A stretch of DNA of 64,000 nucleotides from Azolla caroliniana (taxonomy: Eukaryota > Plantae > Polypodiophyta): the NCBI GenBank assembly GCA_043228905.1, contig JBHGNT010000007.1, positions 15,810,001 through 15,874,000 of the forward strand, in the 5' to 3' direction. Under the pieces are notes generated by a model. That model saw only the letters and a list, made by a program, of their open reading frames with translations, made no database searches and was not told the DNA's origin. Within the stretch, counting starts at the first letter, position 1, and every line of letters starts with the position of its first letter. Both the position numbers and the translations under genes were made by a program. This document shows, one piece after another, positions 49,512 through 62,073 of the stretch.

Positions 49512-51500
49512 CCGACATGTCCAATGGGGTGAGTGATATCATCTCTGGTCTCGACATAGCCAGGTCGATCCGTCTCTCATAGGTCTCGGACCTATTCTTG
49601 ATGAAACTTCATATGGTTGGATGCATCGGAGTCAACAAACCATACATCTTCCGAATTAGAGATGTTGGTCGGGCCGAAGGCCGACATAGAGTTCGCTCTA
49701 TGTCTCATTGCAAACAATCCACCATAGTCGTTGTATTCGGAGTTGGTGGCATAATTGGTGAGTTGTCAGCTTCTAGAAACCGACTCACTCTTCTTCTTTC
49801 GACACTCCTCTTCATGGTCGCTGATTTTGCCACAATATCTATAGTTGATGAGGTTGTTTTGTCAGCTTGGTCCGGCATGGAAGTTCCCCCTTCTTTTGAA
49901 CATTCCTCTTGAGTTTCCACCGTCTTGCCGGTAATGGGATTTGTTTTCATAGGTCAAACCTACTCCACCTCATCCTTCCGAATCAGCTCCTTCTTGCACA
50001 ACCACATCCTCTTCTTATGTCTGAGTGTGTGTAGAGCATGTGGCCTTCTGAGGCATTGCTCTTCGTTCAAACATGATTTTCTTCAACCAATAACATTGAT
50101 TGAAGATCAAAGGAAGAGGGCAGATTCTCTCTTGCTAGAACGACGGTTCTCATTGCTCCGAATCGTGGTGCAAGGTTGCCTAGGCATATTTGCACCATTT
50201 CATCATCTTCCACATTGACGCTTATTGAGCCGAGTAGATCACAAAGCTTCTTCATCTTCACGGTGTAGCTTGTGATGGACATGCCCCTTTGTTGGACATT
50301 GTTCAACTACCAACGCCAACTACCAATGCCCTCTCATACCATGTAAATAATTAGCTAGAGTAATTATGTTAACCAGATAGGTTATGTGTGTGTGTGTGTG
50401 TGTGTGTGAAGATACACAAGATAGATAGAAGATTGATACAAGGTAAAAGACTCAAATGTATATTAACATGGAATAAGAGAATAAAATAGAGAAACAACGA
50501 AGTACCAGGTACTTTATATAAAGCCACCCTCTCTGTACATTCTCTCATTACAACACCCACACTCTCTCTAGAAATTATAGAAGCTCATGTTTCCTGGGGA
50601 ATGTGGAAACTCATTAGTTATGTGTCATAGAACACATAGTTAATGTTGGAGAGTAGTGGTAACCTTTGACCTTTAACTACTCATACATTCTCAAAAGGTG
50701 TTCACACATTAAACTGGGTTGAGTTGGATTCTCAACAAAGTTCTACTCATGAACTTATCTTCTCCATTTTTCCTTTTCTTTTTCTTCTTCGCCTGAAAAA
50801 CATGAGGTCTTAGGGTTTTATTTTCTTCTTCTTCATGAATTTTAGGGTTCTTCATTCTTGTTTTTCTTCTGAAAATTATCACCGTTGTAAACATTTACCC
50901 CAAAATCTTGTAAACCCTATTTTATAAGGGAATTTCTTTCTTAATCCAACGATTTGAGCCTACAAACTAGTGAATCTACACTTAATGGGTTAACAACATA
51001 TTTCAATCTTAACCTCTCATATATATATTTGTTCACCTTTTACTTCCCTTCAACTCTGCTTTACCTTCGACTGTACTTTGCCTTCGACTCTAGCAGTTCA
51101 AACATGCCTTACCTTCAACTCTACCTTAGCTTCGAATCTACCTAAAATTCTACTCTAACATACCTTCGACTCTGGAGAACGTTCCACTCTAACAAGCCTT
51201 TGGGTCTGAAGAGCCTTTGAGTTTGAAGATTTTTCAATTCTAGTGACCTTTCGACTCTTGAGAGCTTTCAACTTTGAAGAGCCTTCTATTCACCCATCAT
51301 CTTCAGTTCAAGTTCCCAGTGGTCCTGCTCAGATTTCAAATGCACACATGTAACTTTGCAACAATGTATCTGGAAATTTCCTTGTAGTTTGAAGCCTATG
51401 CCAAAAGGCAACAACCTTACTAGTTCTCGACAGACACAAATAATGTTCGTACTATCTGCCATGGGATAGATCTCAAATGAGACTCCCATCAGCCAATCGA

Positions 51501-52364
51501 TATGTTGTGGTATGCATGTGTGCCTTTGTGCCACTCTTTTCGCACACCCTTTTTAGGATGCTTTTCCTCTTCTTTTGAACTGATTTGATTTGAACTTGCT
51601 TCTTACATCTTACTCAATTTGTATGAACTATAAATTGAGTAAGAAGTAAGAAGCTAAGAAGGTTGGTTTTGATCTCTTATGTGCATGTCACATATTGGTG
51701 TAGATGACGGGCACCAGTTCCCCACGTCCAAGTATTCACCTCTTCCCCCTCACCTTAGGTTGCCCACTAACTTCTTGTCCCACGAGTTTCTCTGATCCCC
51801 TTCCTACACGATAGCCCTCTTGTACACCACCTCAACCAAGTCTAGGTGGGCCTCCGTCCACAAGAGAAATTGATCTTTATCCACCAAGTTGTAGCTCGTA
51901 CACGATAGCCGTCTTCTCCCCCACCTCAGCCAAGACCAAGTGGCCCTCAATCCAGAGGAGCGATTGATCTTTATCCACCGATTGCTAACTCGTTTTCCTT
52001 CACTAGCCTCGTCCAACTATCAGGGCCAACAGTTCCATGGGGATGTCCTCAACGTCGTTGTAGCTCAACTCGGTGCCCAACAGATGTTTCTGTCCCCATA
52101 CTATCCTCAGACAAAAGACCTCACCGAACGCCTCAACAAGACCCTCAAGCAAGACTATCAATATGTGAAATGCACATAAGATATCAAAACCAGCCTAGTT
52201 AGCTTCTTACATCTTACCCAATTTATAGTTTATACAAAGGTACACATTTCGGTTGGCTTAGCTAAAAAGGGTGTGCTAAAAGGGTGGGTCGGGTTAGGTA
52301 CATGCATCCTAACAAGGGTGTGCGAAAAGGGTGGCACAAAGGCACACATGCACACCACAATATG
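51501..52364. mobile_element. Fold-back/long-TIR non-autonomous element enclosing a Gypsy integrase fragment
   Basis: 51501-51560 is the reverse complement of 52304-52364, and 51620-51700 of 52155-52240; internal QGQQF..SPYYPQTKDLTERLNKTLKQ. Confidence 0.65.
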
Positions 52365-52384
52365 TACCATCATTGTCCTCAAGT

Positions 52385-52723
52385 CATTTAAGGGAACTGA
52401 TTTGATATGATTTGATATGATCTATTTGGCTCTATCTATAGGTTTCTATAGAATAGCCTAGAGATTTCCATAATGTTCTAGGCCTAGAATATTCTAGGAT
52501 TTTCTAGAATATTTCTAGAATTGTCTAGAATGTTCTAGGCCTAGAATATTCTAGGATGTTCTAGAAAGTTCCACAAGTTTCTTTAATACAATAATCACTA
52601 TGAAAAGTAGCCTTTATCATTTCACGTCCTCATAGGTTACCTTAATGGTTAGGCTTCGAGTTTTGTAATACGAAGTCTTGGGTTCAAGTCTAGGTGAAGC
52701 ATAATGTTCACGGATTTATGACA
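52385..52723 (-). repeat. Partial chromovirus-type LTR related to 1-265
   Basis: ttctagaatattctag repeats, tRNA-like cassette, ends ...ttatgaca. Confidence 0.7.
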
Positions 52724-53500
52724 ATTCCCCCACGCCTCTTTTGGCATTTTGGCCTCTCGAATGTAGCCGAGCACGTGATCATGGACGCATGATGCAAGGG
52801 AGTACAACACCCGACTCACTGCTTGCTCCCAAGCTAGATGTTCGACATGTGCCAGGTTGGGTAGATTTTCGTTTGCGCCTTCGACATAACTCCAATAGCC
52901 TTGTCCCACAAGGTATTGGTGCATCTTGTACTCCCAAGATGCGAATTGTTTCTGTCGAGTTTCTCTATAGGAAAATCATTCCTCATCTGAGTGTTTATGT
53001 CGATCTTCTTCTTCTGTTTATTTGAATTGTGAAGGTGGTTGCTACAACGATCAATCGGTTCTCTGTGAACACGGGATTAGACACAAAACACGCGAAGGCA
53101 ATGGGCTTGGATCAAGCTACCAATCGCTATGATACCATATAAAGAATCAGTGATAATTTTGTGCAACGGAAGAGATGTGTGTGTGTGTGTGTGTGTGTGA
53201 CATGGAGAGAGAGAGAGAGAGAGAGAGAGAACACAAGAAAATACAAAAAAATAGAAAATTGTATTAACACTAACAAGAATGAGCCAATAGTTACAAAGAG
53301 AGGGAGAAGGTGCTTCTGTAGTCACCTTCTCTGTAAGTTCTCTCACTGAAGCGGCCCCTTGAGAATGGGGTTGAGCCTTAACTACTTAAAGCCTATGTGT
53401 CCTAGGATATTAACTTCTATGACACACTAGTTACTATACAAGGAGGGGGGGTGTTCACACACTTGAGTGTCCTAGAGTGTGTTTAGTTTGATTCTCAACA
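52724..53500 (-). mobile_element. Copia 5' end: LTR 53138-53500, degenerate iMet PBS 53126-53137, gag N-terminus
   Basis: MHQYLVGQGYWSYVEG..KEAWGN; gctatgatacca; LTR end ttgattctcaaca. Confidence 0.8.
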
Positions 53501-53689
53501 ATTCTCTTCAAAACCCTTTGGTTATTTGATGTAGATCTCTTACAAGGAGGTGGGGTGTTCACACATTTGAGTGTCCCTAGAGTGTGTTCCCACACACACG
53601 AAGTTGAGTTTGATTCTCAATAATTCTCTTCAAAACCCTTTCGTTATTTAATGTAGATCTCTTTCATTAAGTCCTCATGCAATTAAGCG

Positions 53690-54940
53690 GTCTCCATATC
53701 AAGTTGCTAAAGTTTAAGATTTAAACTAGCTTTCAAACATAAAACTACTCGAGTGGAACTCAATTTCACTAGTGAGAAAATATCATCAAAATTAATATCT
53801 TTCTTTTGAATAAAAACCTTCACAGCCAACAACCCTTATATTTTACAAGCTTATCATCACCTATTTTCGCGTTAATTACCCACTTGTTTTTCAAGGTTTT
53901 TCTTCTTGTAGGAAGTTGAACTAAATCAAATGTATTATTTTTCTTTAAACAGTTCATTTCACCATTCATGACTTTTATCTAATTATCTTATTCTCATGGT
54001 TTTTCACATCATAAAAACTCTATGGCTCCTCCTCAACAAGGATCTAGATATAATATGAGCTATGATAACTTATAGATGCTTGTAGTTTTCTAGTTTGTTG
54101 ATTTTAGCCACCTCATATACGTAAGTTAGCTCCCCCTACAATGCTTATTTTGTTGAAATATTAGCATGATTCGTGCCAATCCTATCAACTACAGTACTTG
54201 GCTCATGAACATCCTCATGTTCTTCATCTTGTAGGGAAGCATCTCAATGTGTAGCTTTGTCAATCATGGGAATTGGCTCAAAATCAATTAGAACACCATC
54301 TAGTTGAATGTTTGGTGCTTTTACATTTTCAATATTGTCAATGGTTTGATCCTCAACAAATACTACATAATGACTTGGACTCATTTTTCGTTGCACTGAG
54401 TCATGGGATCTATAACCAAACTCATCTTGGCCGTCATAACCAATAAAAATACATTGTTTTAAATTAAATCTAACTTAGAACTTTTATTTTTAGAACATAC
54501 ACAAAACATTTACAATCAAAGTTACACATATCAATGCTTGTAAGAAACATCCTCATCATACCAAAATCTATTGGGAACATCGCTCTGCAATGAAACGGTA
54601 GGAGATAGGTTAATAACATATGAAATGATACTCAAGGCCTCGCCCCAAAACTGTTTTGACAACTTTGAATAAGAGAGGACATGCCTAACTTTATCCATTA
54701 GAGTTCTATTCATCCTTTCCACCAAGACATTTTTTTAGGGGGTGCATTTTGATGATTGATATGGTGCTCTCAACAATATGCATTGAAGGATCTATACTAT
54801 TTTCCACCATGTTTAGTGTGAATACATTCAACTTCTCCCTATCTCTTTCAATAGAAACATGTAATTCTTTAAGCACATGAAATACTTGAACCTTCATTTT
54901 CAACGTTCAAGCCCTAAGTTTTCAAGAATGGTCATTTGTA
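53690..54940 (-). pseudogene. Highly decayed Copia integrase-RT fragment
   Basis: ERMNRTLMDKVRHVLSYSKLSKQFWGEAL..YVINLSP. Confidence 0.8.
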
Positions 54941-55188
54941 TAAAAGTAAGGTTTCCTAACTATTTAAGTGGAAACAATGTCTTGTGCGAATGTATGTGAG
55001 AGGAGAGAAGTTGGGAAGAGAGTTAGGGATTTGTTAGTATAAACATTCACAAGAGGGGGGGATGAAGATATTACAAAAAGCTCATTCCTCATCACATTAC
55101 AATAAGCCACTATGGTTGTTGGGATACATCAACCACATTGAATGAGGTCGGTGTTGTCAATAATATGTTGAAGAAGATGACTGAGGAC

Positions 55189-58100
55189 TTGACGGGTTGG
55201 CCAATGAGGAGGTTGATGACTTCCTAGATGATCCTCCCACGATCATCCCTCTCTTCGAAATCAATGCCTTACCAACCATCGAGCCATCTAAAGACGAGGA
55301 AGTCACAGAGGAGTCACCACCCTAGGAGGAACCAGATGCAACCACAGTTGCCGAGCTACGTCATGCTCGGGAGGCTTTCGAACGCGAACTCGCCATTTCA
55401 CAACGAGTGAAAGCATCAACCCTGGAAACAATAAACCTCGGTTCGAACGAGAATCCCCGTACGTTACAAATTGCCAATAATCTACCAACCGGAGAACGGG
55501 CATGCCTCGTAAAATTACTCACCGACTACCAGGATGTTTTCGTTTGGTCTTACACCGATATGAAGGGGTTGGATCCTCAATACTACCAACATCAAATTCA
55601 CATCTTACCCGACACTCGGCCGGTTCAGCAGAGGTGCTATAGGATGAACCCCAACTACGCCGCTAAAGTCAAAGAGGAAATTGACAAACTACTCCGAGTG
55701 GGCTTCATTCGCCCTGTTAAACGGGCCACATGGTTGAGCCCGATCGTAGTGGTCCCAAAGAAGAACGGAAAAATCTGCGTCTGCGTCGACTATCGGAAGC
55801 TTAATGCGGCAACAGTCACCGACGGTTTCCCTCTCCCATTCACGGATAGCGTCCTCGACACGGTAGCCGGCCACGAATGCTACAGTTTCCTCGACGGGTT
55901 CAGCAGCTATAACCAGATAAGAATGCACCCGGAGGATCAGGAGAAAACCACTTTGGTCACGGAATGGGGTGTTTTTGTAGTAGAAGTTATGATGTTCGGT
56001 CTAGAAACGGCGCCGACTACGTTCCAGTGCATCATCACCGAAATCTTTCATGACTACATCCCGGCGTTCATGCAAGTCTTTCTCGACGATTTCGCCATGT
56101 ATGGCCATCGACGGGAACACATGACCTAGTTACGACTCTGCCTAGACCGATGTCGCCAAGCTCGATTGAGTTTAAACCCGGCGAAATGTGCGTTCTTAGT
56201 CACCAGCGGCAACCTTCTCGGCCACATTGTCAGTCAAGAAGGCATCGCTATGGACCCGGATAAAGTAAAGGCAATCCTGAATGCCACCGCACCCTCGAAC
56301 GCTAAGGCACCTGGCCGATTTCGCGACACCTTTACACGCGACAATCCATCGCCTTCCTTTCCAATGGACGTCAATCGAGGACACGGCCTATCAGACCCTG
56401 AAACGAATGTTGTCACATGCCCCGGTGGTCCAGTCCCCAGTTTGGTCCGAACCGTTTCATGTCTTCGTAGATGCTTCGGACATCGCCATCGGAAGTGCCC
56501 TGATGCAATGCACACCCCCGAATTGGTATAGGCCCGTGTACTACGCCAACCGACGGCTATCGACCGCGGAAAAGAATTACTCCACCACCGAGCGGGAGGC
56601 CCTCGGTATGATTTATAGCATCAATAAATTTCGGCATTACCTCTTGGGCCGAAAATTTACCTTTCACGTGGATCACTCGGCCCTTCTTTATTTGGTCAAT
56701 AAACAAGCCCTCACCGGATGGTTGGCTCGGTGGATGCTCCTACTACAAGAGTTTGATATCCAGATTCAGCATCGACCCGGGGTACAACATGCCGTCGCCG
56801 ACTACTTGAGCCGTCTTGAGTCAGGAGAACCGGCGAAAACAACGTACGACGAGCTACCGGACGCCAGCCTATTTAACCTAACCACGATACCAGACGATAA
56901 TGGAGATGAATGGATCACGGAGATGACCCATTTTCTCACTACCAGTGTACCTCCCGAGCACATGACCCTTGACACGAGAAAACGCCTAGCAGTGCGTAGC
57001 CGGAATTTTTGCCTCGTCTCGGACATTCTCTACCACAAAGGCTCAGACGGCATATAGCGCCGAGCGATTCAGCAATTCGAGAAGAACGCCGTTCTTCAGG
57101 AAGCCCACCAGGGAGTAGCTGGGGGGCACTACGCCGGGGATTCCACGGCAAGGAAAGTTTGGGAAAGTGGATTGTGGTGGCCGACAACGAAGAAAGATGC
57201 TCACGAGTTTTGCCGGCAGTGCGATTTGTGCCAACGACTAGGGCAACCAATGGAACAGTCACGGATGCCACACCAGCCGATTCTTCCGTTGGACCCATTT
57301 CAAAAATGGGGTTTGGATTTTGTAGGCCCTTTCAAACCACCCACGGCCCGAACAGGGAATAGGTATATTATCGTTGCCACGGATTACTGCACCAAATGGG
57401 TCGAGGCTAAGGCACTCCGAGATAACACGGCGGCATCCACGGCTAAATTCGTGTACGAGCACCTCTGGTGCCGTTACGGATGCCTAATCGAGCTCGTTAG
57501 TGATCAAGGTGGGCACTTCATCAATCATATAATACGTGATCTTACACACCACTACGCGGTGGGGCACAAGAAAAGCACACCATACTACCCGCAGGCGAAC
57601 GGCTTGGCGTAATCGACCAATAAAATCCTCCAAACCATACTGAAGAAGATCGTCAATGAAAACAGGACCGATTGGGATGACAAACTCCAGAGCGCGTTGT
57701 GGGCGTATCATACGACTTTCAAAACAAGAATCCAATCAACCCCCTTTCGAATGGAGTTCCAAGTCCTGAGCCTCCGAGTTCAAGTCAAAGCACGGCTCCC
57801 CGAGGCCCAATCCGAGCAATACCGGCTGGAACAACTCCTCGAACTCGGCGAAGATAGGATAGAGAGTATGGCCCAGCTGGAACAACGCCAACGACAACGC
57901 AAGGCTTTCGTGGATCGACATCGACACGGGCTGGAGAAGGAGCTCACCATCGGCAAACCAGTTCTTCTTTTTCAAACATGACTCGGGTCAATGCCAGGAA
58001 AATTAAGATTTCGGTGGACTGGTCCATTCTGGATTATCGACGAGTTCAACGGGACGTTCCAGCTCCGCACACTCGCCGGCGACACTGTCAAAAGCTGGGC

Positions 58101-58217
58101 CAATGGTTTCCGACTTTGACCATATCGAGGGACTACACCACCCAACCCGTTTACCGAGGCACACGGCACAAACGAGTTTCAGGAGACCACCACGGAGGAG
58201 GCCACGTGTCCCCCTGA
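55189..58217 (+). pseudogene. Ty3/Gypsy pol (RT, RNase H, integrase) with stops; no gag or LTR seen
   Basis: WLSPIVVVPKKNG..CVDYRKLN..FLDDF; VDASD..YSTTEREAL; GGHY..C..C; WGLDFVGP..SDQG..YYPQANG; TGPFWI. Confidence 0.93.
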
Positions 58218-58742
58218 ATAAGGACTCACCCACCTTCTTGAGATTAATAAAAATAGTAGTAGGTAGGATTAACCATAGTTTAGCCACCGATTAGCTACAC
58301 CTACACCACACACCTAGGCACCCACAATTTTAGGAGCACCCCTCGCCACCACTCATTTAGTCCCTATTTAAGCACATGCAAAGCACTAGAAGCACCCCAC
58401 TCACCTTCAGGACGCATGGTGCTAGTCACTTATTATGGCACCCACGACTCTGAATCTTCAGGATTCGCTTCAGGCACAAAACCCTAGGAGTAAGTTACTA
58501 AAACCGTTTCCAAAACACAGCACAGACACATAAGTTCATTATCGCTCCCCATCTCCATCGCTCTCAAGCTCAGAAACCCCGTCTCGCCCTCATCGTGCTA
58601 AACGCTCTTGCTCTCAAGCCCTCTTTCGCTCTCATAACCCCTCTGTTGGACTTCCCCTTCCTGTTGTTCCTCCTGTGTCTCACCCTCGCCTCATCACTCT
58701 TCATCACGCTTCCACACAGCCGAACCCCATCTCCATCTCCAC

Positions 58743-61570
58743 CATGCCTCTTACCGCTTCAACAGAAACCCGTGCCTGGCTCCAGGAACGAGGAATGGGC
58801 GGTTACCTAAAGATCATCGATGCCCCCGCGCACCCAGATGGCCAAGGTGTGGCTAAACGTATAACTCCCGGAGCCATCACCAACAACGTGCTTTGGGCTA
58901 TTTTGGACCTGCAACGGGGAGGGGACCATGAGGTCGACATACCCTTGGCATCAAAGATGAAGGCGTACTTCGGTGAGTACTCAGCCTCAGGGAAGGCATA
59001 TTGCACGTATGGCGGTCCCAACAGAGCTTTCGGGGAGATTGCTCGTATATTAATGGAGTATGCGTTTGTGCATACGAACCCAACGAGCATGCCGCAGAAC
59101 AAGGCAGCCATCATCATCAACGCGTATGAAGGAAATAGAATCGATTGGGGGATCATCACAGGCGAGGGACTCCGCGCCGCCTTAGCTTCATTTAAGTCCG
59201 GTAAGAAGATGTTGTCTGTTCTTACCCAATTTTTGATGGTTCTATACCCACCCTCTTCTCTTCCTTCCCCTCGCACACTCACGTCCCCACCACCACCACG
59301 AAGGCAAAGAGAGAAATTCGTTGCCATCATCCACGAAGCATGGGAGGAGCCCACATCGCCTTCACCTCTTGCGGCCGAGCAAAACCCCGCATCTGCACCA
59401 CCACCCACCCAACCCCAACAAAAAAGGGCAGTTTCCGAGACCTGCCAAGAATGGAAGGAGGAGGTAGCCACGGAAGACAACACAGCCGATGACGTCACTA
59501 TTCGACAGCCAACGTCTCGCCCCTCAGTAACGTCCCCAGGGCCTAGCCCACGCCCCAACACACAGCAAACTGCACCACCATGACCCCAGAAAAGGAAGCA
59601 GGCGGAGGAAACGACACTACCGGCCCCGAAACCCCAAACACAGCCGAGCAAGAGAAGACGGCTTAACCGTGAGTCCTCGAAAGAACAGAAAGAGCCACAA
59701 CAGGAGCAAGCCTTAGTTGTCAGACAAAGCAACCTAGCCATCATCCCTGAGGAGGCATCGCTGAACCAGGGAAAGATCGAGCATGGGTAGACAATGCAGA
59801 TCTCGGAGGATGAAGTCCCCGGGTATAAGGACCTCCCCGCGGAGGCTTACTAATTTAGTGCGCTCCTACGCCTCGGCACGACTTCGAGCTGGTCGACTTC
59901 CTCGCTAGAGCCCAAGTCGCGGCAGCCGCTCGAATGGCGGAGGAGCACGCCGAAACAACAATGATTCAACGCGCGCTAATAGGTGAAATTGAGCCCCAGG
60001 AGGACAGGGCTTTACAAAAAATCGGGAGAAAGAAGCACGCAAAACAGGCCGCTATCCTCATGGAGGTCCCCGAGTTGAACACGGCCCTTATCGAGGCATA
60101 TAGGGACATTGGATCGCACTACACGGGCAGCCAAAGACATGGCCCAAAAGATAAAAATAGCTCAAAAACACACTAAGATGGCTACAGAATTATGGCACGC
60201 TACGAACCAGAAGCTGGCAGCCTAGGAGCAAAACCGGCCGGAACAACAACTCTTGAGCCTTCTAGTCACGACCACCGAGGCCCTCCCAGCGCCTCCACGC
60301 ATAACAATGATGGATGAAAGCACCATCACCGACTCAATCCTAATGGTGCAGGCCAGTACACAAACGAACTCGTTACAAATGGTCGATGCCTGCACAACAA
60401 CCGAGGCAGCCCCGCCCATGGAAAAGACCGAGATACCACCCAACGAGGTGGCAACCCAGACAGAACCCCCGCTCCAGGATTACCGCGCGGAGCTTAAAGA
60501 AGAACAACGGCGAACCGAGAGACACGAACAACGGCATCAAGAGGCGATGGCTCGCCCAAAAGAAGAAGCTTCCAAGTAGATGGCCGAGATTAGAGCCCAG
60601 GCCGACCAAAGGATACACGAGCACAACGAAGCACTGGGCCGGGTACAAGCACAAGCCGCGGGCAAAGAAGCCGAACTCAAAAGCAAGCTAGAGGAATACA
60701 CAGCCACAGTGGTGAAGAAAGAGAAGGAGGTTCTAGACCTACAGGCCGCGCTCGACAATGCGAAAGACTGGAACCATTGGCAGGAGGAAAGAAATCACCT
60801 ACGGGAGGAGAGGATGATCGCGGAGAATGCCGAGCTGCAGAGTCAGCGTATGACCCTTAAAGAAATGGCTAACGAGTTTTTCATCAAATGCAAGCTACTT
60901 TCGGAGCAAAAAGACGAATTATCGGATTCCTACTTCGCCCTACAAGAAGAGAGAATCGTCGAACGGGAACAAATCCAGGCCACGTGTCGAAAAGAACGAG
61001 AGCAAGCCACCGAAGAACTCACCAAGCGTTACGAGCAGGCTCTCTAGCTCGTAACCGCGGATGCAAAGAACACTCAAGCCATCTATGAGCTAAGAGCACA
61101 GAAGATTCAGGCCGAGGTCGACAGCTTAAAATAGGAATTAGCAGCCATCCGAGCACAGCTCGGCATGGATGAGACACGCATCAGAATACTGATCGAGAAA
61201 CAACGCCAGCACCTTACCAAAAAGGTCGAGGAAACATTAAGTCGCGCAGGAGACGAATGGGCAGCCCAAGCTGCCGAATTGCATATTTTACGCGCTGACG
61301 CTGAGAACCGACGGAAGGAGGGCCGCGTCTTCTACAAAATGGACGAAGCCAGCATACAAAACCTCCGTGCAGATTTAACTGAGGATTACCAATCCTTGGC
61401 AAAATCTCACACCACGGCAATCGAGCAAATAATGGAGGACTTCAATGACGGTTAGATGTTGTTTCGCCTGGAAGCAGAAGCCTTCGAACGAGAACGACTC
61501 GCAGCCATCCCCACCAACCCTCGAACGGCCACAGAGCAGAAGGAAGAACCTTCCAGCAAGGAGATCACGA
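58743..61570 (+). pseudogene. Extra sense ORF downstream of Gypsy pol (globular N-terminal domain, Pro-rich linker, long coiled coil), broken by stops
   Basis: ATG 58743 MPLTASTETRAWLQERG..YFGEY..IDWG; consecutive ORF pieces 58675-59583, 59934-60176, 60253-60579, 60580-61047, 61165-61455. Confidence 0.7.
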
Positions 61571-61811
61571 ACTATTTGAACTCTGAAATCCGATATCATA
61601 TGAGGACAATATGAGCCTTTTGATTCATGTGGGTGCTCTTGTTTGCCCGTGCATGACTTCTACCACAACTTTACTTTTGCCTTCATGTCTCTTGTTGTGT
61701 ATTTCAAAACTTAGATTTTATTATGTCATATCATAGCCTACTTTGTTGGCTTCGATTCAACTATTTGAACTCTGAAATATGATAATATGTTGAAGAATAT
61801 GATTGAGGACC

Positions 61812-62073
61812 TGTCAATTAGTCTAGAAAACAACACAAGTAGTGAAGAAGATTTGCACTATGATGAGAATCAAGAAGTAGATAGTTGCACGAAGAGAGAG
61901 AGAGAGATGTGATCGAAGAGACTATCTTACATTAACCTTCGATCATACTTTACAACGCTTAGTTTCTCACTTATATAGTTAGGGTAACTTAGCCCTAATT
62001 GTGAGAATGTTTTCACACTAGGATACAAGTTGATAGAGTGGGACTTTTAGCCCAATAGTCGGCAAATCCAACA
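61812..62073 (-). repeat. Probable 3' LTR of the adjacent minus-strand Copia
   Basis: tgtcaatt...atccaaca termini next to the RNase H end. Confidence 0.6.

Larger units (their letters stand above)
30060..50737 (-). mobile_element. Decayed Copia (family of 19530-24300) split by the Gypsy at 31729-49511; pieces 30060-31728 and 49512-50310, degenerate PBS 50331-50341, 5' LTR 50342-50737
   Basis: HPIGHVGNVEF reading is restored across the insertion; gag MSITSYTVKMKKLCDLLGSI; LWHKRISH; LTR end matches tgttgagaatc. Confidence 0.85.

Noticed and set aside
53440-53662. ~120-bp tandem duplication at an LTR end
   Set aside because: Ordinary local duplication with no sign of function
58803-59744. 313-aa minus-strand ORF
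   Set aside because: Antisense shadow of the Pro-rich extra ORF
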